Below, piece after piece: positions 50,585-61,200 of a stretch of DNA of 64,000 nt. The DNA comes from an uncultured Gammaproteobacteria bacterium. GTDB taxonomy: Bacteria; Patescibacteriota; Patescibacteriia; SBBC01; CAIJZX01. How positions within the stretch are numbered: position 1 is the stretch's first letter; each line of letters opens with the position of its first letter. Position numbers and translations under genes: made by a program. The notes beneath the pieces were generated by a model, which did no database searches, was not told the origin of the DNA, and was given only the letters and a program-made list of their open reading frames with translations. The stretch is taken from NCBI GenBank assembly GCA_964518425.1, contig CAZFGG010000001.1, positions 54,597-118,596 of the forward strand. Reading direction: 5' to 3'.

Positions 50585-51460
50585 TTGGTCTTGTCACGAA
50601 ACCGAAAAAATACAGACCGACCATCAACCCTGCGACGCACAACCTTGCTGGCAGTTTTCTTCATGGCTGTCGCGACTATGCCGCTTGTTTCGCGGGCCTT
50701 CACTGAACCAAAGGGGTATCCAACAAACTATGTTTCAGTCAACGGTGTCGGTGAGGTACCGCAGTTCCTCAATGCCTCAAGCGTCAACCAGTTAAAAGAA
50801 GGTTCGCTCCTCATTGGTGATCGAAGCGGAAAAATCGCGAACTGCAATGGGGGCACGACAACCGGATGCAGCCGCCTCTGCTTGAACGCCGATCCAGCAA
50901 AAGGCACAACTGATAGTACCTGTATTACCACCTGGCAAGACCTCAACGGTTCGGTCAGTGGTTCTTTCTTGCGACGCTTTGCCGACAACTCGGCTGGTCT
51001 TGATATCGGCTATAGCCGACTGCAAGGCAATAGCGCCTCTGGCCACCTTGTCTCGTTGATTGTTGAACCGAATGCCGCCGCCGGGCACAATGCTCTGCGG
51101 GCCAATGGTCTAGCGGACACGAACTACGCTGCTCAGTTCGGCGGAACGCTCTTCATCGGCAATAAAACGAACGATGCCAAGCTCTGCTTGAACGACGCAG
51201 CAAACGATGGCAATCCAGTTGGGACATGTATTACGAAGTGGTCCGATCTCATTTCGACCACAACGAACATTATCCGTCTCCAAGAGCTCAGGACGTCCAT
51301 TGCTCCGGTTCCCGACCAAGGCAACGCCGGGGTTGTTGGGCCGGTTGAGGTCCCCTCGTTGATCCTCGGACAACCAGCCACCACATTAAATCCTACATTA
51401 AGCTGTGGCGATGGTCTCTGCAGTGCCAGCGAAATAGGGCAATGTCCGCTTGATTGCTAA
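50585..51460 (+). CDS. Exported fibre-like protein, family A (start uncertain)
   Basis: Signal peptide then FTEP; Q.K.GSL.IG; LCLN...CIT.W.DL twice; CGDGLCS...CPLDC. Confidence 0.75.
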   Translation: MVLSRNRKNTDRPSTLRRTTLLAVFFMAVATMPLVSRAFTEPKGYPTNYVSVNGVGEVPQFLNASSVNQLKEGSLLIGDRSGKIANCNGGTTTGCSRLCLNADPAKGTTDSTCITTWQDLNGSVSGSFLRRFADNSAGLDIGYSRLQGNSASGHLVSLIVEPNAAAGHNALRANGLADTNYAAQFGGTLFIGNKTNDAKLCLNDAANDGNPVGTCITKWSDLISTTTNIIRLQELRTSIAPVPDQGNAGVVGPVEVPSLILGQPATTLNPTLSCGDGLCSASEIGQCPLDC

Positions 51461-51464
51461 ACGC

Positions 51465-53036
51465 ATGCCCCGAACGCTTCCGATCTTCATTTCTTCCGCG
51501 GCCCTCTTACTCTTCAGCTTGATCGTGATTGGTCGGACCGCAATAGCCGGACCAATAACCGGCGGCGGGGGACAACCGCCGTTTGTGAAGCTGGGTGTCT
51601 ATCAGGGAGTAATTTCGGTCGTCCCGCCCGGTGGAGCTGACGTGATGGAGATTGGTAACCTTGGCCGGGATATCGCGAGTAGCACGACGATTTACCTCCG
51701 CCCGGGGAGCCTGCCCGAGAAGATGTGTATCGGCGGGGTGAATAATGGCCAAGCCTGTCCGCCAGCAGCCTGCACTGGTGGGGTCTGCAGTAATGTTGCC
51801 CCGCGATTCTATAAATACGCGACATATGCGGAATCCGTACTTGATCTCGGAACTGGGCGACTCTGTCTGAATCCAAACGGCGCAGGAGTTTGGGATTGCC
51901 GGGGCTTATGGCCAAGCACCGGCGGGGCGGGCGATACGAACTGGCAGACGACCACGGTTGGCAGCATGACTGATCTCCAACCAATTTCCGGTTCGCCGGT
52001 GGTTGACTCAATTCGCGCCGGCACGCTGGCCAATCCGGTTCCGAGTGCGAACGGGACCGGCCTTGACGTCGAAACCAATGCTAACGCTCCGGCCGTTATT
52101 TTGAACGGGTTTCAGGGATTGACGACCGGATATTACAATTCCGGGCTGGGCTCAACCGTCGGCGGCCGAGTTGATATTTTCGGGAAACTACGGGCTCTCC
52201 TCTACGCTGGGAATGACTTGGAAATCGGCGCAAATGGAGGCGTGACGCCCTACAATGCGGCGAACGTCTATAGCCAGCTCAATAACATCAAAACCCACAT
52301 TGACGCTGATACCTTTGATGGGACGACCCCCATGCTGTTCCCAACGAATGGGAATTTGTTCTGGAAGGCCCAAACGGCCGGCCCATCGACGATCCACCGG
52401 ATGTGCTTACGAACGACGTCCGGTTACCTTTGTGTCGGTGGAACGAATCCGGGCACGAATGCCGGAACCCCCTGTCCTAATGGCAACAACACCGGTCCCG
52501 ACGCGACCAAGTGCATCGGCGGCGCGACATGTCAAACAATGTGCAGCACGACCGATTCAATCTGCGCCGCCAGCCCGGCAGCGAAGCATTGTGTGAGTAC
52601 CGGAGCAGCCTGTGTGACCTCACTCAACTGTCCAGGGGGCGACGCCTGTGTCCGCGGGCACTTAGTGACGGTAGCTGGCGGAACCGGTGTTTCGCCGACG
52701 TGTACACAGAACTGTCAAACAGTCTGCGCTGGATCAGCGTTTGATTTTGGCGCTGGTGGTGGGTCGCCAGCAGCTGGAAATAATATCATGTGTGATGGCC
52801 AAGCCGGCGCTGGAACCTGTAGCGCCTATGGGGAATATGCGACGGCCGATAGCGGCCAGACCGCAGCGCTCAACAACGCTTATGGGTCGTGCCAGCCGTT
52901 TCTCGACCTCGGCGGTGGAGTATTCTCTTGGCGCCAAATCTGCGATTGTTATTTGAGCGCTCCGAAGAACTACCTCCGAGCTAACCCGCCGGGCACGGGG
53001 GGCGATCTGTGCTCGAAACCGCTAACCGCTTCATAG
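51465..53036 (+). CDS. Exported fibre-like Cys-rich protein, family B
   Basis: AIAGPIT, KLGVYQGVISV, GRDIAS and IDADTFDG; Cys-rich C terminus. Confidence 0.8.
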   Translation: MPRTLPIFISSAALLLFSLIVIGRTAIAGPITGGGGQPPFVKLGVYQGVISVVPPGGADVMEIGNLGRDIASSTTIYLRPGSLPEKMCIGGVNNGQACPPAACTGGVCSNVAPRFYKYATYAESVLDLGTGRLCLNPNGAGVWDCRGLWPSTGGAGDTNWQTTTVGSMTDLQPISGSPVVDSIRAGTLANPVPSANGTGLDVETNANAPAVILNGFQGLTTGYYNSGLGSTVGGRVDIFGKLRALLYAGNDLEIGANGGVTPYNAANVYSQLNNIKTHIDADTFDGTTPMLFPTNGNLFWKAQTAGPSTIHRMCLRTTSGYLCVGGTNPGTNAGTPCPNGNNTGPDATKCIGGATCQTMCSTTDSICAASPAAKHCVSTGAACVTSLNCPGGDACVRGHLVTVAGGTGVSPTCTQNCQTVCAGSAFDFGAGGGSPAAGNNIMCDGQAGAGTCSAYGEYATADSGQTAALNNAYGSCQPFLDLGGGVFSWRQICDCYLSAPKNYLRANPPGTGGDLCSKPLTAS

Positions 53037-53040
53037 TTCC

Positions 53041-53946
53041 ATGCGCTCAATTCCGATTATTACGCTCATCGTCAGCTTCGTCAGTTTTGTTGCTCTGGCG
53101 TCACGACCCGCGATCGCCGGCCCAATCACGAACGGGCCATCGAGCGCGCCGTTCACGAAACTTGGTGTCTATCAAGGCGTCGTCAGTGTTGTCTCGAATG
53201 CCGACAATGCTGCTCTTGAGCTCGGCTACCTCGGCCGCGATATTGCCAGTACGGGTGACCTCTATTTCCGGCCATCCTTCACCGCCCGGGCGAATGGCGC
53301 CTACTTTACGCGGAATGGGAACAGTGCCGACTTTTACCTGAGCGGGAAACTCTGCCTGTTTAAACATGTCAGCAACATTATTGATCTGAACAGTATGTCC
53401 TGCAGTGACGGTTGGCCATCGGGGAGTGGTTCCGGCTCAAGTCTCTGGACGATCGTGGCCGATCCGGTAGCCGACCCCTTCACGAACGCCGTCAACGGCA
53501 ATTTCCTCCAGCCGATCAATACGAACTATGGAGTGCATATCGGCAGCTCCTTATCACCGGTGACCGGCGGGACAGCGCTGACTCTTGATGGCGCATCGTA
53601 CTCTTACCCACTCGGTGTCGCGAACCTTGGCTCCGGCGCAGCGCTCCAAACTCAAGGTCAAGTGAATTTAAACGCCTATGGCTACGTCAATGGTTTGATC
53701 TACATCAACGGTCAAGAAGTCTGGCATCGGCAGGGATTTTTCGGCGGGCCCGCTGCTCATGAAGGCCTTGGCTCGGGGCTGGATGCCGATATTGCTAATG
53801 GCAACAATGTCACGCTTGAACCCGCGACGTCCTGTAATGATGACGATACGAAACCCCGGGCCGCCTGTATTTGCTTTACCATCTTCCGAGTCGGATCGTC
53901 GCCGAATCCTTCAAAGCACTGCGCTGCTTTTTCAAACGCTTTCTAA
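53041..53946 (+). CDS. Exported fibre-like protein, family B
   Basis: AIAGPIT, KLGVYQGVVSV, GRDIAS and GLGSGLDAD. Confidence 0.8.
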   Translation: MRSIPIITLIVSFVSFVALASRPAIAGPITNGPSSAPFTKLGVYQGVVSVVSNADNAALELGYLGRDIASTGDLYFRPSFTARANGAYFTRNGNSADFYLSGKLCLFKHVSNIIDLNSMSCSDGWPSGSGSGSSLWTIVADPVADPFTNAVNGNFLQPINTNYGVHIGSSLSPVTGGTALTLDGASYSYPLGVANLGSGAALQTQGQVNLNAYGYVNGLIYINGQEVWHRQGFFGGPAAHEGLGSGLDADIANGNNVTLEPATSCNDDDTKPRAACICFTIFRVGSSPNPSKHCAAFSNAF

Positions 53947-54818
53947 TGAAGAAATCTTCAATTATTGCCATAAGTTTCTTAGCCCTGATCGTTAGCTGGA
54001 CATTCTGGCGTCAAACCGCCTTGGCCAGCCCCTCTTCAGGTTCAAGTACAACCTCGCCGACGACCGTCTACGATGGCGTCATCAGCGTCGCTCCGGGCGA
54101 TGTTGGGTCCGGGATTCTCGAACTTGGTTCGTCGGGGTCAGACATCGCTAGTTCGAGCGATATCTACGTGCGTCCAGAGCGGTTGTCTGAAACGAATGCC
54201 GTACGATTTTCGCCGAACGGGAAGTCCACCGTCCACCTTTACGCCTACGGCGGCCTTTGTCTCGGCGGTCTGTGCCGTGACACGTGGCCGGCGGTCAGCG
54301 GCGGGACCTTTTGGAACCTGGTTGGAGGCCAGTACGTTGAACCGGCTACCCTCAGCCAAGGCGTAACGTTTACCAAGACCCGCGCCGGCGGCGGGGCGGC
54401 CATGGAAGTTTTTTCGAACAACACGACTGCGGCCGCCTATATCAGCAATGTCAGCGCTGGCGCTAGTGCGGCGGCCTTAACAATCAACGGCCCGGCGTAT
54501 ATCGGAGGTGACCTGAATGTCACGGCCAGCGGCGGAGATGAAATTACTCTGCACGGCGGCGTCTGCCAGGGCGGTCCGGCCGACGGTGTCATCTGCTCGA
54601 GTAGCCCCAATTGTTCGCCGGGAATATGCGCGATTAGTGATTACCGGGTCTGGTGGTCGGGTAATGATGGCCGTGGGTCGGGGCTTGACGCGTCAAAGCT
54701 CGACGGGATTGATTTGGACTTTAAATACAACATCAGCAATAGCTCATGTAATTCCGGCTCGCTCAATTGCTTGTGTGGACAGTTTCCGAGTTTCACCGAA
54801 TGCTTAAAACTTCAATGA
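53946..54818 (+). CDS. Exported fibre-like protein, family B
   Basis: VYDGVISV, ELG..GSDIAS, LCLGGLCRDTWP and VWWSGNDGRGSGLDASKLDG. Confidence 0.8.
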   Translation: MKKSSIIAISFLALIVSWTFWRQTALASPSSGSSTTSPTTVYDGVISVAPGDVGSGILELGSSGSDIASSSDIYVRPERLSETNAVRFSPNGKSTVHLYAYGGLCLGGLCRDTWPAVSGGTFWNLVGGQYVEPATLSQGVTFTKTRAGGGAAMEVFSNNTTAAAYISNVSAGASAAALTINGPAYIGGDLNVTASGGDEITLHGGVCQGGPADGVICSSSPNCSPGICAISDYRVWWSGNDGRGSGLDASKLDGIDLDFKYNISNSSCNSGSLNCLCGQFPSFTECLKLQ

Positions 54819-56857
54819 TTCGTCGCCGACAACTCTTACTCTTGGCGGGTCTCGGACTCGGTGGACTATTGTTGTCGAAGGTCGCCCTCGCCCAAACGTA
54901 CGTCAACCCGTCCACCTCGTTTACTGGCCCGGTCGCGCCGGCTATCAACTCGTCATTGAATGACCAGCGGAAACTTGGTTCGCTGGGCGTCGGGCGGGCC
55001 GTGAATCCACAAAAATTCTGTCTCAACGCGACGAGCCTGGCCGACGCTACGAATTGCATTTCTTCGTGGTCTGACCTGTCCGGTCAATTCGGCGGACCAT
55101 TTGTCAGTTTATCCCAAGATGCGTGGACGCTGGCAACGCCCAGTAGCGCCTGTGGAGCTGGTACCCCGAAATCTCTTTGTACCGGTGACTATGCCAGCCA
55201 AAGCGGCTTCGTTCATGTTCAAGCCTCCTCACTGACGACTCCCCAGCAAGCCTTTTCAACGATCGTTCAGGGTCCAAATCTCCAGCTCTGTGATTATCCC
55301 CGTAATGGCAGCAAGACTCCCGGCCATTGTATCGCCGGCAGTCCGATGGCTGGGCAGAGCTGCTTCTTCAATAATGATTGCGGTTACCGCTCAACAGCAA
55401 TTTATGGCAATGACGGAAGTCCCACTAATGCTCAAAATGCAGCCGGTTATTTTTCGGGCGTTGTTTATGTGACGAGTCCGACGAGCGATCCCCTCCTTCC
55501 GAAGGGTCGTATTTGCTTAAATGGAGCGACGGAAGATTATTTTAATGATGTTCCTGGTGGAACTTGTATTACCTCTTGGTCTGAACTCGGCGCCAGTGGC
55601 TCAGGAACATATGTCAAACGTCAGCAAGGTACCCCGATTCTTCAGAACCCCGGGGCCGTGATCAGCGGAGTGATTGTCATGTCCTCGGCGACGACTGGCT
55701 CAACGGACGGATTACCAAGTACCTTCACCTGCGGCGACAGTTTTTGTAACGCGACGGCCGTCCCGCCCGAAACAGCAGCCTCTTGCCCGATTGATTGCTT
55801 TGCGATTCCTACGCCGCAGTTGTCAGTGGCCATTGCAAGTGACAAGGTGAACATGACAATTACCACGAAAACCCAACAACCGGCTGGACCAGTGAATATT
55901 ATTGTGGTCCGATCTGTTGGCCTGACTTCAAGTTTTGTTCCGGTCAATGGCGTGGCCTATACGATTGGCGAAACTATTGGTAGCGACATTATTGTTTATG
56001 CCGGCAGTGCTACGCAGAATAACACTTTTGTACAACAGGATACCACCTTGCCCGGCGCCGGGACGTACAGCTATCGCGCTTATCAAGCGAACAGCTATCC
56101 CCGGTACGGCGGCCCAGCTGACGCCCCACTTGGTCAAATTTATAAACTACAAACCTCGGTTAGTCCGAACGGCTCGGCCTTCATCAGTAGCAACGATGGA
56201 CAGATTGTCCACTGTTCAGCCAGCTCCGGCACCGGGTGCGTGGCCTACTACCTCTCCAGCAATACTCCGACGGTTGTGATCAGTTTTGATTCGATCGTCA
56301 CGACCAATACCTTTAATGGATGGACCGGATGTAACTCGACGGGTGGCTCTGGAGCGGGGAGTACGTGCACCGTTATCATGAGCACAAATAAATCGATTGT
56401 GGCCAGCTTCTCCAGTGGCGGTCCCAAAGGATGTTTCACCGGATCAACCTTGGTTGATACGCCGGCTGGACCTCGGCCGATAGTTGACCTTCGGGCTGGC
56501 GACGACGTTTTCACCTATGATCAAGCCACTGGTCAAACCGTGGTGAGTCCGATCCTTCGAACCTTCGTGCACTCTGATCAGGCATATGGCGTCGTGACCT
56601 TTACCGACGGAACAACCATTAACGTCACGTCAATTCACCCCTTCTACGACGCCCGGTGGAAAATGTGGCGAGAGATTGGTCACATGCGACCCGGTGATAT
56701 AGTTCTGCAAGGCCGAGGTCTCTCTGCCCGCCCAATCCGCATCGTCTCTCTCGAATTCTCGAGCGGGCAGGGAACGGTCTATAATATTGAAGTCGGCGGC
56801 CACCATTCCTACTACGTCAACGGCATCCTGGTTCATAATAAAGGCCGCGAGGGATAA
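54815..56857 (+). CDS. Exported family A protein with FN3-like, InlB-B-repeat-like and C-terminal Hint (intein-like) domain
   Basis: Family A motifs, then Hint domain CFTGSTLV...VTSIHPF...VYNIEV..HHSYYVNGILVHN at 56432-56839. Confidence 0.88.
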   Translation: MIRRRQLLLLAGLGLGGLLLSKVALAQTYVNPSTSFTGPVAPAINSSLNDQRKLGSLGVGRAVNPQKFCLNATSLADATNCISSWSDLSGQFGGPFVSLSQDAWTLATPSSACGAGTPKSLCTGDYASQSGFVHVQASSLTTPQQAFSTIVQGPNLQLCDYPRNGSKTPGHCIAGSPMAGQSCFFNNDCGYRSTAIYGNDGSPTNAQNAAGYFSGVVYVTSPTSDPLLPKGRICLNGATEDYFNDVPGGTCITSWSELGASGSGTYVKRQQGTPILQNPGAVISGVIVMSSATTGSTDGLPSTFTCGDSFCNATAVPPETAASCPIDCFAIPTPQLSVAIASDKVNMTITTKTQQPAGPVNIIVVRSVGLTSSFVPVNGVAYTIGETIGSDIIVYAGSATQNNTFVQQDTTLPGAGTYSYRAYQANSYPRYGGPADAPLGQIYKLQTSVSPNGSAFISSNDGQIVHCSASSGTGCVAYYLSSNTPTVVISFDSIVTTNTFNGWTGCNSTGGSGAGSTCTVIMSTNKSIVASFSSGGPKGCFTGSTLVDTPAGPRPIVDLRAGDDVFTYDQATGQTVVSPILRTFVHSDQAYGVVTFTDGTTINVTSIHPFYDARWKMWREIGHMRPGDIVLQGRGLSARPIRIVSLEFSSGQGTVYNIEVGGHHSYYVNGILVHNKGREG

Positions 56858-56860
56858 GAC

Positions 56861-58219
56861 ATGATTACGACCCGACTCCATCATCGCTCGTCCCGCTCAG
56901 TCTTCATTGTGGCTATTGTTGTCATGACATTGTTGTCGATATCCCGTCCGCTCTCCGCCCAAGTCTACATCGACCCAACTGGTCCGGCTGTTGGCGGTCG
57001 CTCGGCCACGCCGCTTGATACGTCGGCCACGACCCAACAAAAGCTCGGTTCCTTGCTGATTGGCCAGACCGGTCTTCCGGCCTCGCGGATTTGCTTGAAC
57101 GGGACAGGCAACCTCGTGGGTGGTGATGATGCGTCTCCCGGTAACCCAGGCGGCCACTGCGTGACCAGCTGGGCGAATGTGGTGAATTCCCTTGGCGCTC
57201 CCTTCGTTGATCTCGTCAAAACTGCGCCGAGTGGAGCGGCCGGAAATATCTCCAGCTACAACGCACCGAACTCGGGCTATGCTCGTCTGAAAGCCAGCGG
57301 CCCGGGAACGGCCAGCACGTTTTTGACGGAAGCCAATAACGCCGTTGGCGCCGGGACGACGACCGCTCTCTACGCCAGTACAGGGTATATTGAAGACTAC
57401 GCCGGATATTTTTCCGGAAAGTTCAGTATTGAACCGACGGCCATTAACCGAGGACGGCTCTGCCTCAATAGCACCTGTAACTACAACGCGGGCGATCCGG
57501 CTTGTCAGAACTTGATTAACAATTTCGGCTACTACTGCGTCTCTGACTGGTCACAAATCATCTCGAACACGAATGATCGACTCTCGCTACAAACATCCGT
57601 CAGTCCAACAATCGAGTCGGGCACGGTCTTGCTCAAAGAGGGGTTCAGTGCCGGCGCGGCGGTGATTGGGGTGCCCCCGTCGACTACGCCGCTCGGTACG
57701 ACCGTGCCATTCTGTGGCGATGGATTGTGTAGCCGGGAAATTCACGAAGATCAGTCAGGGAACGCGAACTACTGTGCCCTTGACTGCGAAACAATTCCTT
57801 TGCCCAATAACGTCACCGCCCAAACGATCACCTTTGGCATAGGGGTGACCGTCACGCCGACCGCTATTGCTTCAAGTAATACCCCGTATTTCCTCGTTGT
57901 TCGATCGTCGAATCCGAGCTTTGTCTTTGAGCCGCAAGACGGGGTGAAGTACAAAATCGGAGGAAATAGTACGTTCGCTATCGTTTACGCAGTGCAACGG
58001 CCAAATGCGAGCCCGTTCACCTTTTTGGACACCGCTTTCGGGATGATTGCAAATAAAGTCTACACGTACCATGTGTACGAAGCGAATCCTTATCCGCGGT
58101 ATCTGAAGGTCGCCAGTGGTTCGGGATTCAATTACACTTCAGTTACGGCCACGGCCGGACCAGCAGCGGTTGGCACCGGACCTGAGGAAAGTCCCGACGG
58201 CGGAGACATTCAACTCTAG
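56861..58219 (+). CDS. Exported family A protein with FN3-like domain
   Basis: YIDP, QQKLGSLLIG, RICLN, CGDGLCS..CALDC and VVRS...YEANPYPRY; paralog of 54815 without the Hint domain. Confidence 0.82.
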   Translation: MITTRLHHRSSRSVFIVAIVVMTLLSISRPLSAQVYIDPTGPAVGGRSATPLDTSATTQQKLGSLLIGQTGLPASRICLNGTGNLVGGDDASPGNPGGHCVTSWANVVNSLGAPFVDLVKTAPSGAAGNISSYNAPNSGYARLKASGPGTASTFLTEANNAVGAGTTTALYASTGYIEDYAGYFSGKFSIEPTAINRGRLCLNSTCNYNAGDPACQNLINNFGYYCVSDWSQIISNTNDRLSLQTSVSPTIESGTVLLKEGFSAGAAVIGVPPSTTPLGTTVPFCGDGLCSREIHEDQSGNANYCALDCETIPLPNNVTAQTITFGIGVTVTPTAIASSNTPYFLVVRSSNPSFVFEPQDGVKYKIGGNSTFAIVYAVQRPNASPFTFLDTAFGMIANKVYTYHVYEANPYPRYLKVASGSGFNYTSVTATAGPAAVGTGPEESPDGGDIQL

Positions 58220-58224
58220 CGACC

Positions 58225-61200
58225 ATGGAACAACGACCACCAACGCATCAATCAACGCCTGACGCTTCTCGTCGAATGAGCTTAGCGCTGAAATTAGCGA
58301 TGGTGGGTGCTTTGTGCCTACCGCTGCTGATCAGCCGATCCTCTCAGGCCAGCTTTGAGGCGCCATCAATCAGCACCGTCAATATTATTCCGACCACGTT
58401 CTACGGGGTGTGGGGAAATGCCCGACATGCTCGGTTACCCACGGGAAACAACCTGGCGAATGATCCGACCGGAGACGAAGAAAACTTTTATGATATTTGG
58501 GCGGTCGGGGCAGACACGCGCGGTCTGGCGGGTGGGTGGCCGTGGCTCGACAAAGGGAGTATTTACCATTTCGACGGTACGCAATGGAGTAACGTCGAAT
58601 CAGATTCAGACAATAATTTCGACGGCCAGAATCAGCCAACAACATTCTATTCAGTCGTCGGCCAAGCCCCACCGGGAAATGGAAACGCTGAAATATGGTT
58701 TGGCGGCGAGGCTGATGCTCGGGACGGCTGCTCAACTATTCATTTTTTTGACACGAACGAGCACCTTGAACGCGTGCCCGAAACGTGGCGCAACCTCTAT
58801 CGCGCCCGGGTGCGTGACCTCAATAAATTAGACTGTACGCAGGCCGGCCACAACGTCAACTTGGACAGCGATGTCTACGCCATGGCCGCCGACCAGAATT
58901 TCGTCACCGGTATCGTGGCTGGTGGGGCCAACGGCATGTTGTACAGCCACTCAGTGTACTATGTGGCGGGAACAACAAAAGACACGTGGGATCAAATTTC
59001 CTTTCCGAACACTCAAAATATTACGGGTTTGGCCTACGCCTTGAACCGAACTGCATATGCCGTGGGCACGACCGCCACGACAACGGATATTAACGGCAAG
59101 CATCATCTCGATCGCGACTGTACAAATTCTGGCAGCCAAACAAGCGGTTTGTACAAAATTTCTGGCGGTGTTGTATTCTCATTGAAGTCACTTAGCGGGG
59201 CCTGTTTCTACGGCTTGACCGTTGGCAATCTTCCGTCGATCCGACCGGATCACAGCGCGAATTACGTCACGATTTGGATTGCCTCGTCCAAAGGAGTCTA
59301 TCGTTACGACGAAGGTTCCAACACCCTGACGGGGCCGCTCAGCGGCACGTCGGGCACGGTACTGCGAAGTATCACGAGCGTTGAACAACAGGGTGGAACC
59401 GGCCAAAATCTCCTGCGCAACCCGGATTTTGAATCCTGGGACTCGGATCCGAGTAATGCTGCTACCGATCTGCCGAATGACAATGCCACGACCTGGTTGG
59501 CCTCCGACTCATTCTTTGGTACCAATAACAGCGCCGGGAATTGTCTTGATGCCGTCAATAACAAGAACAGTAAAGACGTCATCGTTGAAGGCGGATCAAG
59601 TAATGTGGATCATGGCACCTATGCTCTCAAAGTAGCTCCGGCTGTTTACTACAATAGCCAGTCGAACTGTAATACGAACACCAATCCCCAATACACGGGC
59701 TTTGATGCGGTTTTCCAAACTGTCCCGTTGACGAACTGGGAGGGGCGAAAAATACACGTCACCGGAAAATACAAAGTGCAGTTCACGGGCGCCGCGAGCG
59801 CCCCGCACCCTCAAGGCGGAGTATCGATACTCTGCCCGACTGGCGGATACAGCGATCCCCAAGATGAACCGGACTGCAGTTATGAAAACCGTTCGGCTAT
59901 TCGGACCGCCAATCAAGGTAATACAACCGGCGATCCCAAGGCTGACGGCAAAGGTTTCTTGACCTTCGACTACACGATCTCGGTTAATAATACGCAGTTC
60001 TTCCCTCGAATTCTCGGCGGGACGAAAAGTCCCCGCCCGACGGATGCTGGCATGGTTCTGCAGATTCAATGTGAGGGTACGTATGGCGCTCAGGTCTGGT
60101 GTGATGACCTGCACGTTGAAGCGGTCGATGAGCCAGCCTTGCCGGCCTATGATCGCTTTGTCGTGACGGCCGTTGGCGAAGCGGGGAATATCATGTCGAC
60201 GTCCGACGGCCGTGCAGTGGGAATCGGTGGCGGTGACGCGAACGCATTTATCGTTGAGCGGGATGACGCGACGTCGACTGACCGACTTAATGGCGTCTGG
60301 GCAGTTGATCCTCAACATACCTACGCCGTCGGTCAAAACTCAATTATTGCCCAGCACCGCTCAGGCAACGTGACCGGCGGGATCTGGGTTGGCACGGCCT
60401 CACCGGTGTCATCGGGTAACGCTACGCTTGGCTGGATTTCCTCGAATTGTGCCAATCAACGCGACGCCAGCGGATCATCGCTCTGTACTCGGAGCCCGGA
60501 TACGTTTGGTCTTGATTTCCAAAACAACCAGCTCTCCGGCCGAGCTTGGTTTGGTAAGCAATACACGTCAGCCACACACGAAGACCAAGAAGCGACCAGT
60601 TTAGGCTCCTGCCAAGGCACTGCCCTGCTGGCTGGCCGACCCAATACCTACTCGATGACCGGCGCCTGTGATCGAACGAACCGCTGGTGCTTTAGCGACC
60701 ATAACCATGCCTGTAACCGCGATTTTGATTGCTATGGCCGCTGTCAAAAAGACCAGGGCGTTGTCTGTGCCGTCGATCTTGACTGCGAAGGAAAAACCGA
60801 CCTACCGGTCGGTACCCAAACGCCTCAGGCAACTAGCACGAAGTTATCCTCTCCTCCGGCCCTTCGACAAGTTTGTGGATCAAATAACGGCAGTCCCCAA
60901 GCATGCACCGGCTTAGGATGGTTGTCCTTTAATCAAGCTGACACCGGGGCCACGCCAGGGAGTTCCTGTGCTAGTAACGTGGATACCTGCTACCGGCTAC
61001 AAAATAACGGAGATATTATTGATGGTTGGGGTCAATTCCTGACGATGGCGAACCCCAATGATCCGAATCAGGATATCCCCAACAGCTGGGTCCATCTTCG
61101 GGGAGCCGATGTCTGCGGCGGGACAAGCGGCACCGCTTGCGCCAGCACCGCACCAAACTACGGGTATTACAACTGTCAAAACTGTACCGGTGCCTTATCG

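Noticed and set aside
56432-56839. True intein or polymorphic toxin
   Set aside because: The +1 residue is Lys with only five residues after it; no toxin or immunity gene follows.
50585-58219. Prophage tail module
   Set aside because: All proteins have signal peptides, and no structural or packaging phage genes are present.
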